DNA of 62,977 nucleotides, the filler included, from Hyphochytrium catenoides (lineage: Eukaryota; Protista; Hyphochytriomycota), in the NCBI GenBank assembly GCA_900088475.1. It is 9 parts of 9 records of this genome, joined end to end, with 100 filler letters (N's around TTAATTAATTAA, not from the genome) between each part and the next. Parts side by side here need not be neighbours in the genome. Positions count along the whole stretch, not along the records: positions 30,456 to 40,141 come from FLMG01003829.1; positions 40,242 to 50,052 come from FLMG01000846.1; 7 more parts are not named here. One strand, given 5' to 3'. Of the stretch, positions 36,201 to 48,903 are shown in pieces (position 1 is the stretch's first letter; every line of letters begins with the position of its first letter). Under the pieces are notes generated by a model. It saw nothing but the letters and a program-made list of their open reading frames with translations. It had not been told where the DNA came from and ran no database searches. A program made the position numbers and the translations under genes.

Positions 36201-36963
36201 CGAACCCACTTCAGAGGACGATGTAAGTCGACGGAGTGACGAGGCAGACACCATTCTGGACATTTTGGAGCGGATTAGAAAGGATCCAGCGGAGCCCGTC
36301 ATTTTGTTAGGAGATATGGGGGATGGGCACACCGCCCAGCGCCGCTTCGCTCCTGCGGGACTGCGTGATCCTTTCTCTCTTCTGGGCCTTCCTCTCGAGC
36401 ACACTTATCCTGCAAGCAATGTCTTTGTGACGGACTCCACCTCGCTGGTGAGGAGAAAAGAACGGTCTACTTAGTCTTTGTCTCCTTGTATGTTTTCTTT
36501 TTTCTCGCTCTATCTCTCTGTCTCCGGGTTCGTGCTCACTTTCCCCCTTGGGTTTCTAGTCGTCTTTGCTACTTTCTCGCTCTCTCTTCTCATCTCGATG
36601 TCCCTGCAATATCAGGGCTGTCCATCCTTGAGACTGTTTGTCTCCTCCTGATTGCTCCGCTTGTCCTTTCTATGCTCTCTCTCCTCGTCTTCCCCTTCTC
36701 TCTTTCCCTCTCTCTCTCTCTCTCTCCTTATGACGCCTCTCTGTCTCCAGGGCTCGGTAACGCGAGACTGGATCTTCACCAACGATCGCTTGCATCCTGT
36801 CGCAGCGTCTGTCTTCCACTTCACCTACCGAAGTACTCCTCCTTCCATTCACTGGCCAGTACATTCAATCTATGAACTGCTTCCCTGTGATAAGAGGTGC
36901 GAGGCCAGGAGGAGAAAGAACCCTACGAGAGTTCCTTTCAATTCTGCAGGACAGAAGCCATAG
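33243..36963 (+). CDS. Membrane-anchored endonuclease/exonuclease/phosphatase (EEP) superfamily protein with degenerate active site, about 9-10 exons
   Basis: TM segment LAFLLSLSLSLLVLFLLLL, then ATLNL, DFLALQ(E/G)V, VILLGDMG, HTYP, RDWIF, SIHWPV in EEP motif order; middle exons only partly resolved. Confidence 0.72.
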
Positions 36964-37987
36964 ATCTCAAAGAGAGAGCGCGTGGGGTGACAGGCCACGA
37001 GAGAAAGAGAGAAGGGAAGAAAGGGCATCCTGATGAAGCAAGAATCTCTCGATCAGGGAGGAAAGACTTGAAGAGAGAGAGAGAGAAAGAGGCAGAAAGT
37101 CAGCGGACTCTGAGACAATTAGAAGAGCTTCTGGACGAAAAAAAAAGCTCCTTCGTAGGTCGAAAGAGTCTTGGAAAGAGAGAGAGAGAGAGAGCCGCTA
37201 GACAACAGACACACAACGGCTTCGAAACTCAACCAAGCCTATCTCTAGCTCATAGAGCAAGAAGAGGGAAGAGTTGCGCCTATGAGAACTTCTATTTATT
37301 TATTGATTGTCCAAGCGACCTGCCAATACAGTCATAAGCTCCTGTCAGAGTCACCGAAACCAAGAGGAGAGCTAGGGAACAGAAAGGGTTATATGACGAC
37401 AAGGGTGGAAGACGTAGCTACAGTCTGCAGACAAACACAACCTCGCCCATCGCTGGCTGGCTGTTCTCTTCCTTGAGCTACCAGTGCTGCTCAGTCTCAG
37501 TCCCTGAGCTGCACGAGACTTCAGAGCAAGCAGACCAGCCAACCGAAAGGTGCAGGAGTTCCGTTCTGGCTCTGTCGACGTCAAATGCCCAGGAGTTTGG
37601 GCTTTATATTTGAGAGGGAGCGAGAGTCGACATAGGGCACTGTTCGCCGGCAGTCACTCACTCTCATACAGTCAGCAGGACTAAGAGGAGAAGTATTTGT
37701 TAGAGAATAGAAGAGGCAATTGCTACTCTCCCTCTCAGCTGGGTTGGGAAGGGAGAGGAGCTNNNNNNNNNNNNNNNNNNNNNNNNNNNNNNNNNNNNNN
37801 NNNNNNNNNNNNNNNNNNNNNNNNNNNNNTTCGTAGAAGGCGGTAGCAAAGATCCTGTAGGGGTGAAGAGTCAGGTGGGATGAATCAAAGAGTTATAAAA
37901 CGTCTGCGAAGGAAAGACGAAGAGAGAGAGAGAAGAGCGACACTTTTTCACCGAGGGGATAGAGAAGAACTCTGAGCCTGCTCTCAC

Positions 37988-38439
37988 CCTTTAGGTTGTC
38001 AGGACCCGGCACTGTGCTCTCTGCTCTCGTTTCCATTTGAAAGAAAGCTGGAGTTCCACATGGCTCTTCATATTTGCCAAAGAATGTCTGCTTGCCTAAC
38101 TTTATCTTAGGCCGAGAAGTCTCTATATCCTAGGAAAAGGGCATGGCCGTACGCATAAGTTGCGAAGCAGCAGAACAAGCAAGCTAGCAAGGAAAGGGGG
38201 AGGCGTGACAAACAAAGAAAAAGACAGTGAGAAAGCCGAGCGAATGCTTGCTTTACCTCAATAACATATGGCAAACCAGCAAGACTTTTGCCTTCAATCA
38301 CTTCTGAAGGGAAGACTTTTGGCAGCTCAATGAGTACAAATGTATCCTCATATTCTTCGTCGCTAGAAGCTGCACAGTGTACCATGAGCTTGCTGTCCGC
38401 CGACATCTTTGCGCTTCTTGTGGCTGACTTACCGGACAT
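37988..38439 (-). CDS. GTF3C6: RNA polymerase III transcription factor TFIIIC subunit 6-like (triple-barrel domain); exons ~38257-38439 and 37988-38129; 3' end unresolved
   Basis: DEEYEDTFVLIELP...YVIE|DIETSRPKIKLGKQTFFGKYEEPCGTPAFF matches the TFIIIC_sub6 pattern (LDTxxPxxxxGxxxFxGxYxxxxGT). Confidence 0.72.
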
Positions 38440-39214
38440 ATTTACCATTCGATGCGGACACCGGACCGTCTCTGGAAGTGCAGAATGGAGCTCTTTAGAT
38501 GCAATCTCCTGCTGAAAACCTGCTTCCTTCCACCTTATCCAGGTCTTATTACCCAGGGAGCCACCACGGTGGGGACGAGCCTGTCCGAAGAGTCGATCAA
38601 AAGGCCAATAATCTTCAGAAATGACTGAACTCAGAGATTTGTCTGGAAAAGATGTGGATTCTCTTCTGCCGTTCCACAGCTCCCCCAGGACCTGGTGATG
38701 GCTTACAGTAACTAGAGAACGCCAAAGAAATGATATATGTCAGTGATATAACTTTGATAACTAATAGTTGGCGCCTTAGGTACATTGGACTCTGTTTGAT
38801 TCTTAGTCTCCTTTCTGTTTTCTTGCAGTTTGGCATTCCATTATGAACATCATTGACATCATCTCATCACCCCCNNNNNNNNNNNNNNNNNNNNNNNNNN
38901 NNNNNNNNNNNNNNNNNNNNNNNNNNNNNNNNNNNNNNNNNNNNNNNTCCTCTCTCTCTCTCTCTCTCTCTCTTCCTCTCTGCATCTCTCTCTCTCTCTC
39001 TCTCTCTCGTTCCCGTCACTCTCTATCAGAAATGTTCGCATGTCTCTTCTCTCTCCGTTTTTCTTTCTGCTTTGATGTCTCGTTGTGGGCATTGACCATC
39101 ATTTCTTCCTGGCTTCTATCTCCTGCTCTCTAGCACGCGCAATGCCTCTCTTCTGTCCCACCACTGGGCGGGATGGACACGCCCGACGAGTTGCAGAGGG
39201 AAGAAAGAGAGAGA

Positions 39215-39262
<48 letters not shown>

Positions 39263-39572
39263 TGCTCTCTGCGGTCTCTCTTTCCCTGCTGAATCCCATC
39301 CTTAGATCTCGCTCTGTTCATCATCTCCGCCATAGAAGGACCGCGCCCCGCCCTTTTATCTTTTCCTCGTTGGTTGGACTCTGTCTTCTCTCTCTCTCTC
39401 ATTCTTCTCTCTTTCCTTCCCCTTTTTTCATTGAGAGAGAGAGAGAGGTTGCCGACGGGCATCCTGTTCGTCTCTCTTTTACTCTCTCTCTCTCCCTCTT
39501 TCTTTCTTCTTTCGCGGCATCTGTCTCTTTCTAGGCTCTCCCATTTTGTGCTCTGGCCCCTGCCAAGATAAG

Positions 39573-39809
39573 ATGAGTACTAAGAGAAGAGACGACGGCA
39601 CTGAGGACGTGCTGGTGATGACTCCTCCCTCGTTCTCAGCCTCTGCCTCTCTCTCTCTCCCGAACCATGTGCCGAGAGGAAGCACTCATTACCTTCAGGA
39701 CCTGGAGAGCTGCGTCTCCGTTGATCAAAAGAGAGAGACGCCGCCCGAGAAGAGACAACACATCCCATGGACCGCTAGACCAGGCTTCGAATCTCGACTC
39801 TGGCTCGAT
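39573..39809 (+). CDS. Probable first exon of an unidentified gene, cut by the following gap
   Basis: ATG-initiated non-repetitive frame (MSTKRRDDG...SRLWLD) ending at GTAAG and followed by CT-rich intron-like DNA. Confidence 0.4.
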
Positions 39810-40241
39810 GTAAGCGGCGTCCTCTTCCGCTTTTGCACTCTCTTTTGCAGTCTCTATCTCTTGTTGTTACTCTCTCTCTCTCCTTCTCTAGCTCTCCCTC
39901 TCTTTGACCCTCTCTCTCTTCCGCCGTTCTTTGCCCTTTCTCTCTCTATAATTCCGCTCTCCCTGCTGCTTTTCTCTTCCGGTGTCTTGTCCGCTCTTCC
40001 TGTCTCTCTGATGTCTAATGTCCCTCTCTCGCACCTCTCTCGTCTCTTTCTCTCTCCTGTCGCTCTCTCTATCAGTCTCCTCTTCGTCCTGTCTGGCTGA
40101 TGTCCAACTGAGCTGTATTAACTCTCTCTCTCTCTCTCTCTNNNNNNNNNNNNNNNNNNNNNNNNNNNNNNNNNNNNNNNNNNNNTTAATTAATTAANNN
40201 NNNNNNNNNNNNNNNNNNNNNNNNNNNNNNNNNNNNNNNNN

Positions 40242-41372
40242 CTCATACTCAGCGATGACCTGCATGGACGCGCGCTCAGGGTTCGGGCTGACCATGGCCT
40301 CAGGGTTTGCTATGGAGGCCATAGGGCTCTTGCTCATCGGTGAAGCATCGAGAACATCTGGGCTAAAGTCCTTGCTTGGCGGGGCTTTTCTCCCGGCTGT
40401 CTCATCGTGGATGGCCATAAGGTTGGCCTGGTTGAGCTTGTTCTTGGAATTGACAGAAGGAATGTTCTTCCGGCAGAAAGGGAGAACGACGGCAATGACG
40501 ACAGCGGCCGCTGCTCCACCGGCAATGATGCCACCAATATAAGCCCAGTACTTAGGAACTTTTTTGGTGACAGGCGCCTTGTTGATGCAGAGGAAGACGA
40601 TGACAAAGAAGATGACAAAGTAGAGAACAGGCAGCAGAATGTAAGCCATCTTCCGAGGGGAAGGCGCCTTGAAGATGGCAAGCTGCGTGGTGTAGTAGAT
40701 AATGACAGCGATAACGCCAGAGGCAATAGGAGAGATGCCCCAGGACGCCACGATGCCGCCAAGCTTCTCCCAGCCCCAATCTAAGCAGCCAAAGCCCACA
40801 GCAGAGACCGTCATACCGATGACACCGCCGACAATGGCGTGCGTGGTAGAGACTGGCAGCTTGAAGTACGAGGCGACAAGGACGAAAGATCCCGCGCCAT
40901 ACAGCGCTGAGAGCATACCGATAAAGTACTGAGTCATTTTGCTATCACAGCGGCCGCAAGCGAAGCAACTTGGGTCCTTGTAGTCAGAGATGCCCTTCTG
41001 CAGCGAGGAAGAGACGCCATATCCCAGCGTCGTAGCGCCAAGAGCTTCCATAATACCAGCGACAATGCACGCATTGCGCAGAGAGATTGCATAGGAATGT
41101 ACCGGCGTTGACCAAGCGTTGGCGGCGTCATTGGCTCCGATGCTGAAGGCCATGATCGCCATTCCAATGGCTGCGAAGATCAGTAGCCCATAGTTCCCTT
41201 CTACATCCTTGTACTCGCCATCGTAGGGTGCGCAGGTCTTGGCATTCTTTGGCAGCTTGCTCTCATCGAGAAGATAGCCGCAGTCCCAGACACCATCGGT
41301 ACAGGTTGCTTGCTGGGTAACGCCGCTGATATCAGCGAGCAACCGCAGCCCCTCCATGGCAATAGCAGACAT
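40242..41372 (-). CDS. PiT family (Pho89/SLC20-like) phosphate symporter, copy A, N-terminal half (truncated at gap)
   Basis: PiT signatures IGANDAAN, E.LGA...G.GV, LPVSTTHAIVGGVIG, IVASWGISP; intronless. Confidence 0.95.
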
Positions 41373-41615
41373 AGTTCCTCCTTACCAGCGTTGAGCAAGC
41401 TTGCTGTTGGGGTCGACTTGCTTTTTCAAGCGGTGACGGCGCCGCCAAGGATCTGTGAGCCGGTTGTGATCCAGGTGGAAAGAGTGTAAGTGAGAAGATT
41501 GGAAGAGGATTGGGCCGGGAGGAAGGATGGAGGACACATGCTGGCTACTAAGGACAAGGTGGCTGATGGCAGCTGTACGCCTTAGAAGAAGCGGAGCAAT
41601 CTTGAAGGGAAAGAC

Positions 41616-41659
<44 letters not shown>

Positions 41660-41957
41660 CAGATAGAGAGACAGAGAGATTGTGAGAGAGGGAGGAAGGG
41701 AAAGGTAGAGACAGCGGAGGACGAGAATGCTGATCTGGTGGCGGCAGAGCAGTGTTGATGAGCGTACAAAAGAGGGAAGACACAGCGAGTGTGACGAGCC
41801 CCACAGTGAGGAGTCGTTCCCTGCAGAGTCAGCAGCATGATGATGGACTCAGAGTCAGAAGGAAGAGGAGGGCCAAGGGGTCATATCTCTTCTTTCTCTC
41901 TCCGTCCTTTCTCTCTTTCCACTACGGTCTCCTTTTTCTCCAGCAACCCTTCTCTCT

Positions 41958-41993
<36 letters not shown>

Positions 41994-41994
41994 G

Positions 41995-42025
<31 letters not shown>

Positions 42026-42549
42026 CACATGCACGCAGAGAGACGAATGTCTCTTCTCTTCTTCCTCTGTCGTGAGCGCACTTCTCTCGTCCTCTTGAGA
42101 GAGACACGGTCGTTTAAAATCTATGGCGTTTTCCATAATAACGGACGATGTTGAATCTTCAGATCCAAATCTAGCAGAACACTCGTCATGAGAACTGATC
42201 CAAAGGCAAGGGTGGGACGGAGGTTTAGAGAGTCTCCAGACAGAGAGATGAGATAGATATTGATCTCCTCACATTATAGTCACCGGTTTAGTATTAGAAA
42301 ATGTGAGAGAGAGCGCTCGAAGAGATAGCAGCAAGGTTTATTGTGAACAGGAGGGGGAACAAGGGGAGAGGGGTTTACTCTACTGTAGAGAGGGAAGCGC
42401 TGTGTTCAGAAAAAGCATGACGTTTCATTTCGAATCTTGAGAAATTTGGCAGGGGGAGGAGGGACAAGATTTGGAAACGGTGCTCTGCTTTTTTCTATTC
42501 AGACAAAGAGAGAGATGACGATCAATGCTTCACAACAAGCTAGACAGAG

Positions 42550-45500
42550 GAGGTGTTGAATAATAGATTGTGTTACAAAGGATGGGTCTAACAGATACAT
42601 GCTACCACTCCAGCTAGGTGCCAGACAGAATGGCCCTTATTATTACAAAGCGTGTTCCCAGAAGTTGAAGTTCCAAAATCTCCAGTCATAACAACAGCAA
42701 GCATCGTCTTCCTTCTACTGGGAAAAAAAAAAAGCCTGCCTTGGAAGCGCCAGGAAAGCTCATTTATTGTTCCACATAAATTATAAAATGTTTTTTGGAA
42801 TTTGCTATAAAACCTGACATAAATGAATAATAAATATAAAATTTGATATAAATGAATAATAGAATCTATCAATGCTGTCCATTCCTTATAATAAAAAAGC
42901 TGAGAACTGAACGATTAGGAAACCCAGTCTCGAACTTTGTCAGCAGTACTAGTGGACAGGGAGGATATTATAAAATATAAAATTTGACATAAATGACTAA
43001 TAGATTTTATCAATACTGTTCATTCCTTAGAAGAAAGCTGTGAACTGAAGCAATTAGGAAACCCAGCCTCGAACTCTGTCAGCAGCAGCAGTAGTTCCCA
43101 GTGAAGAAGAACAGGGAGGAAAAAAAGAGGCTCACCATCAGCTAATCTAATGTGGGGTCTTCATCTACTATGCGAGCCCTTCTTCCCTCTACGTTCTTTT
43201 TCTTCTGCTATCTTTTCGGAAGAACTAGTTGATACAAGGGGAGAGACGAGCTATCTTCTCATCAATAAAGGTTGCCTTCTTCCAGTATATAAAACGGAAC
43301 AGAGCTCCATTATTGGCGTTCTAATACTCGGAGTACAGTATCTGGTATTATGGGATATTTCTTTTCTTATTACCTACTATTCTGAGAGCTAAAGTTGTAA
43401 GAAGAAGGAAAAGGAGGAGAAGAAGAAGGAGATAACGAAGAAGAGACAACAAGAGCTACATTTTTTTTTCTTCGAGACGTTGCTCAGATGAAGGATATTG
43501 ACTCCACCCTCCACCTCCCTTCCTACTTAGGGTTAGGGTTACAATTCCTCCTTTATCGCCACGTGCTATTCGATGAATGAAAGATAAGAAGAAATGGAAG
43601 GATAAGAAGGGATTGATTGAAAGCCGAGTGAACTTGAAGCTCTTCTTCATGAACTTGTTGTTGATTAGTTCTTGAACTACAAGTAGGTAGAAGAAGTACC
43701 TTGCTTTTTTTCTGTTGTCCGTTTTTGATATAAGAGTGTCTTTCCAAGTGCCTGCTGCCATGGACACTATTTTTAGTCAAATCAAAAGAAGTTCTTCTGC
43801 TGTGCTAAAGAGTAGATCAAAATGAACTCGGCGCTACTCTTGCCTGTTCCTGAAAACTCGTCTGTTATGTCCTTCCGTAGTAAGATGACATCCACCTTGC
43901 TGTTCTGCTTGATGAAGAAGAAGGCATCCTACACCACGTCACGTAGCTTTCCTCCGTGAAAGGGAACATGACTGCATCATCCATGATTACTTTCCAGGAG
44001 CAGCAGGTTAACAAACATCAGCCAACCAGGCAACCTTGTTTGTTCCTAGAGGAACTTCTTCAGTTTCAGCGTTTTCACTGTTTTGTTGAACCACAGTCAT
44101 AACAATCTCCTCCCGTCCAAATGGCAGCAGACTATTATTGCAGAGAGGGATGGAAGGAAGGATGCTTCTATTACTCCTGCGACAAGCTTCATCCTTATCT
44201 GCTCAACTAACTTCGTTCCCCACCGTTGGGCAGTAAAGACGACAAACAACATTGAAAGTAGAGGGATACACTGCTACTGGCATACTTCTTCTTCTTCTTT
44301 CCATGATAATGTTGTGATGATAGGGTCAATATTTCTAACATCATGATCTTTAGCTATGCTTTGTCTGCCATATCAGAAAGGCTAGCTACTACTGATAAGC
44401 ATTGTTGCATAATTACTATCACCCTTGTTTGGTATGATATATAAAAGATGAGGTGCAGCAGCAACGGCACGACGAAGAAGGGAAGCGCTCATTGCTAGAT
44501 ATGGAAGGCTTCTTAAAAACGTGTTATGATGATGGAGCTCGGACCAGTCGTGTATGATCGAAGGTAAAAAGGGGCCAAAGTGAACTGAAAAGTCAAGACA
44601 AAATGCATATCGCTGCACTAGGTTCCTACTTGAAGAATAGTTATCTTCGTTACCACCTTCGTTAACCAAAGGATGAAGCTACAGAGGCATCGTATCAAGC
44701 TGTGCTGACGCTGAATCCCTTTAACGACAATAAACGCTGATCCTCCTATGGCCCTCCATCTTGCGCTCACGTTCCTCAAAAGAAAAAAGAATTTCTCCCT
44801 CTTTGTGGCAAGGCAAGTAGAAGAACCTTACGCAAAAATGGCTCCGCTCTTGTGAAGCCAACCTCGTCAAAAAAGAGATAGATCCGCAACTCTCATCATC
44901 AGTCCCTTTCCCCCTCCATCCGTCTACCCCTCCCGCAGATCCATCACTATCTTCGGACTAACGTTAGCCATCCAATGGTTTGGCCACTCCTCGCTCACTT
45001 TCTCGCGCCACCATCAATCCATTTCATTCAGATATCCACCACCAGTCAATCCTTATGAAACGCTCACGACTGCTCTACCATCTTCGTACTCCTTCTCATT
45101 CAATGGAAGACAGGGAGACAAATGACTGGCGATCAGAAAGAGTTCAGAGGGCCAATAAGATGAGAGCCATGCTTCCCGATCCTTCCTTCCTTTTCTTGGA
45201 GGTAGAACTATCATGACCAAGGTGCGCCATTCTCTCCACCCAGGGCTTCGCAAGGATTATCAGTCTCTTTGTAAGTATCAGGCATCAACAGTCAAATGCC
45301 ACATCAAGGCCAAGGAATCTTTTTTAGCGAAGTGTCGCCTGCTTCTGGCACCCGATGCTGAAGCCATCATCGTCACCAAAGATCCTGATGACAGAAGCTG
45401 GAGCATGGAAGAAAAAGGATGAACTTTATAAGAAGGACTCTATCCATTAGAATAGAATATTCTCAGTAGTTTCGTTCGGACCTCCAACGATGTGGCCGTA

Positions 45501-47200
45501 ATGTGAAAGTTCTTATCGTTCTTCTACTACTCCTCCTTCCCCTCCAACCTGCTTCTCCCTTCCCTCCTCCTAGATGACTATGCCATCTTCTTCTACAGTA
45601 CTACAGTGCTTCCGACTCCAAGCGTCCACCAAGCGTGTCGATGACTCTCATTATCCCTGGGTGGGGGCCTGGTTCTGCGCAGAACGTCTTTGGACCGCTT
45701 CCTTGGACGGCTTTGAATCAGTGTTTACTGGTTTAGCAGACAGCTCAATCTTACTAGCAACATACACTGATGAGTTGACCATCATGAGAATGGACAAACT
45801 CTCTATGTTAGAGGAGCTCATGATGTCATGATCAGGGAGCGACTATACTCAGCATTATTTCTTGAAGATGCACTGAGTTTGCGGCAGGCGGTCGCGAGCA
45901 GCTGCTGAGGGGCGGGGGAATCTTCTTGAACGTTGGTCATCGGGTTCATCCCTGTACTACTACGTCTTACTTCTAAGAAGAAGGAGCTTGAAATTCACAC
46001 CTTCCACTCTCTTTCTCAGCTTCTCAAGCTCCTACTGCTGCCGCTCTTATCATAGTACTTTTATTTAGTTACTCGTACAAGTAAGTTCTGCCTAGCTGTA
46101 GGAATGTGCTCTCCACCACCTGAGCTTATCAGTCCAGTTCAATAATAATAAGAGAAAAGGAGAGGAGGCTGCTAGTTATAAGTGCAGCACGTGCAGGAAG
46201 ATTCATTGGAAAGATAAATGTCGATGTTGTCAGGATGCCCAAGCTTATAACAGACATTGAGGGGAAGGACGACCCTCTAATAAATGCCGAATCTCATGAC
46301 TGCTAAAGATTCACTACTTTGGTAGGTGGCCTAGGGCTTGTGCTACAGCGTAGGGTTCAGGTATCTTTTATTGGTGTTTTGCCCTCAAGTAGTTCTAGAA
46401 TTTCTTTATAAAAACAAAAAGGACTGTTCCACTCAGACTATTGCCTCCATTCAGAAGACATGCTAAAACTAACTAGCCTTTTTATAGATAAGTATTTGCA
46501 AATACTCCGTAATAAATATGAAGGCGACACATGCCTCTGGGAATAGGAAAAATTATTAGATGGGTGGTGTCGCGGAATTTATTTAGGTTTTATAGCTATA
46601 ATAAAGCGTAAGACCTGACTAATAAATCTCAATAAGGAGGCCTTAGATTTCAATTCTATAAAACTAAAAATAATATAATACGGAGTACTACGGAGTGTTT
46701 CTCCGTCTCCACCAAAAGAACGGGACCAGAATGGTAGGCATACTCCTAGATTCGTACCAATATATATATATATATATCGGTGGTTCTTCTTTAGCTGTAC
46801 AGTTTATGAGTTGTGGAGAGTGGAGACCAGAGACATGCCCAACCTAAATCTGGCCAAGACAAATATCTTGCTTTCTAAATAAACCGTTATATTATATAGA
46901 ATCGTGAAAGAATAACTGCTCAATAAAAACAAAGTCAATCTCCGGAAAGTATTAACGGCTTGAAACCTCAACGAACCTGGTGCCTGCAAATAAAGTTTGA
47001 GCAGTAAGAATGGTCCCAGATGACATTTATATTGCGGAAAGATTCAAATTGCTTTGGTTTATCCTTGGATGACTAGTGAACTCATAAGAAAATCAGTGCC
47101 TTTCTTTGTTGAGTCCCGGAGATTCCTGCTGACGTTGAAGCTATATATTATGTAGAGGATGTAACTAAGAGAATCCATCTGTCTGATGACGGTTCAGATT
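42550..47200. other. Microsatellite-free, AT/TpA-enriched island of decayed sequence (probable transposon or gene relics) between the PiT paralogues
   Basis: Abrupt loss of (CT)n tracts, only short broken ORFs, very AT-rich core at 46380-47000. Confidence 0.5.
42832..43095. repeat. Diverged tandem duplication, period ~140 bp
   Basis: aaatataaaatttga(t/c)ataaatga...ttaggaaacccag(t/c)ctcgaact(t/c)tgtcagcag occurs at ~42832 and ~42972. Confidence 0.85.
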
Positions 47201-47811
47201 CACAGGTCCAAGGTCCTCTCTCCCGGTGTATCTCCTAAGGTGTGTCAATCTCCTTTTTTGTTCTTGCTTTCCTCTCTCGCTCTCTCTCTCTTTCTCTCTC
47301 TTTTGGGCACTCTATAGGCAGAAAGGAGCTGTGAGCGCTCTCTGTCTGGCAAGGGCTTTTCCTCTGTCTCCCACTTACTGAACCTATGTTTATCAGTTCT
47401 ATCTAGTCACGGTCTGGGTCTTTCTCCTGAAAGGAAAAACACAGTGATAAGAAAGAGTTCGCACTTGGGTGTCTTCACTCTTCTTTCTTCATGTTATCTC
47501 TACTGTAGGACCTCTCTCTCTCTCTCTTGCGCTCTCTCTTCTCCCTTAAGAAGCCAACTTCCCTTTATCCCTTTTATACTTCTGACTTAAGACCTTCACT
47601 TCTTTTACAATCAACGATCAGCGACCTGTAGTTCGTGGACGTTAAGCTAGTACATCTAGACGGGAAGACAGAGTCAAGAAGAGAGATATTTTACTAATAA
47701 AACAAACCTTAAGTGAAGTGAGTAAGAGTACTCTAGAGAAATGACAAACAACTCCTACTGTTCGACATGTCACCCGTCCGTGTTGACTAGCGTGATCGCA
47801 TCGTAGATGTT

Positions 47812-47843
<32 letters not shown>

Positions 47844-48164
47844 NNNNNNNNNNNNNNNNNNNNNNTCTCTCTCTCTTTCTCTCTCTCAACAACACACAGA
47901 CATCCCCCCACCTCTCTCTTCCTCCCGCTCTCTCTCCCTCTCTTTTTCTCCCTCCTTTTCTCTCTCCCCCTTCCTCCCTCTCTCTCCCTCCTGTCGTTTA
48001 CTCTGTCTTTTTTCTATTTTGGGTCTAACCTCTCTCTCTCCCGCTTTAGACTTCGGTAGCACCTGCCTCCTGGTGTGTTTGGTCATCAGACTCATGCAAC
48101 CCAGGAAACAGATGGCTTGCGGGTGGCAGATGCGAGCATGACCCTCTCTGAAGAGCCGATTCAC

Positions 48165-48209
<45 letters not shown>

Positions 48210-48345
48210 CTCTCGTCCTCTTTCTCCAACTCCTTCACATTACAAGCTCTTGTACTTGTATCTATCACTTCTCGCTCGATGTTCTCGTCTGGTCCTTCAT
48301 GTCGCCTTTCCTCATAGGCTTGTCTCTCCCTCTTCTGTTCTTTCT

Positions 48346-48393
<48 letters not shown>

Positions 48394-48722
48394 CTCTTAC
48401 ATAGAAACTATCTCTCTTCTTGAGCGTCATAGAATAATAAAGGACGCTGCCTTTCTACGCAGGATGCTCTTCAATGGTTGTGGACGCCTCATATATACCT
48501 CATGGTGCCATCATCTGATCCTACCTCCTCGTTCTCAGGTCTCTCTCTCTCTCTCTCTCTCTCTTTCTTCTCTCTCTCTCTCTCTCTCTACTTTCTCTTT
48601 CATCTCTCTGCTGCATCATGTCTCTCTCTTCTTCTCTCAGTTCGCCCGTTCTTTCCCATCGTGAAGAAAAGGCCATGGGTGGCGTTAAATAGTGGCTGCC
48701 AAGCGGCAGCAAAGGAGAGACA

Positions 48723-48769
<47 letters not shown>

Positions 48770-48903
48770 TATCGTCACCTAATCCTGTGTCGCCATCGCC
48801 TCATTTCTCATCTTTCCAGCTAGGACTCAAGAGAGGATCCTCTCCATCAACAGAAGATCCTCTCCATCAACAAAAGATAAAAGAGAGAGAGAGAGAACGA
48901 ACC

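Noticed and set aside
41373-41385. Perfect Shine-Dalgarno-like TAAGGAGG just upstream of the PiT copy A start codon
   Set aside because: Eukaryotic context, absent from copy B, short spacing, purine-rich background; likely chance
42640-42705. Minus-strand VVMTGDFGTSTSGNTLCN resembling viral RdRp motif B or a LINE endonuclease GDFN motif
   Set aside because: No GDD motif or other supporting motifs nearby; too short to call
43526-43541. TTAGGGTTAGGGTTA telomere-like repeat
   Set aside because: Only about 2.5 units, internal; compatible with chance
48836-48877. Short tandem duplications (also ~52113-52150 and ~57045-57078)
   Set aside because: Two-unit 18-24-nt slippage duplications with no further structure
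48478-48903. 142-aa N-terminal extension of PiT copy B in the ORF track
   Set aside because: Microsatellite read-through; copy A aligns only from MSAI at 48904
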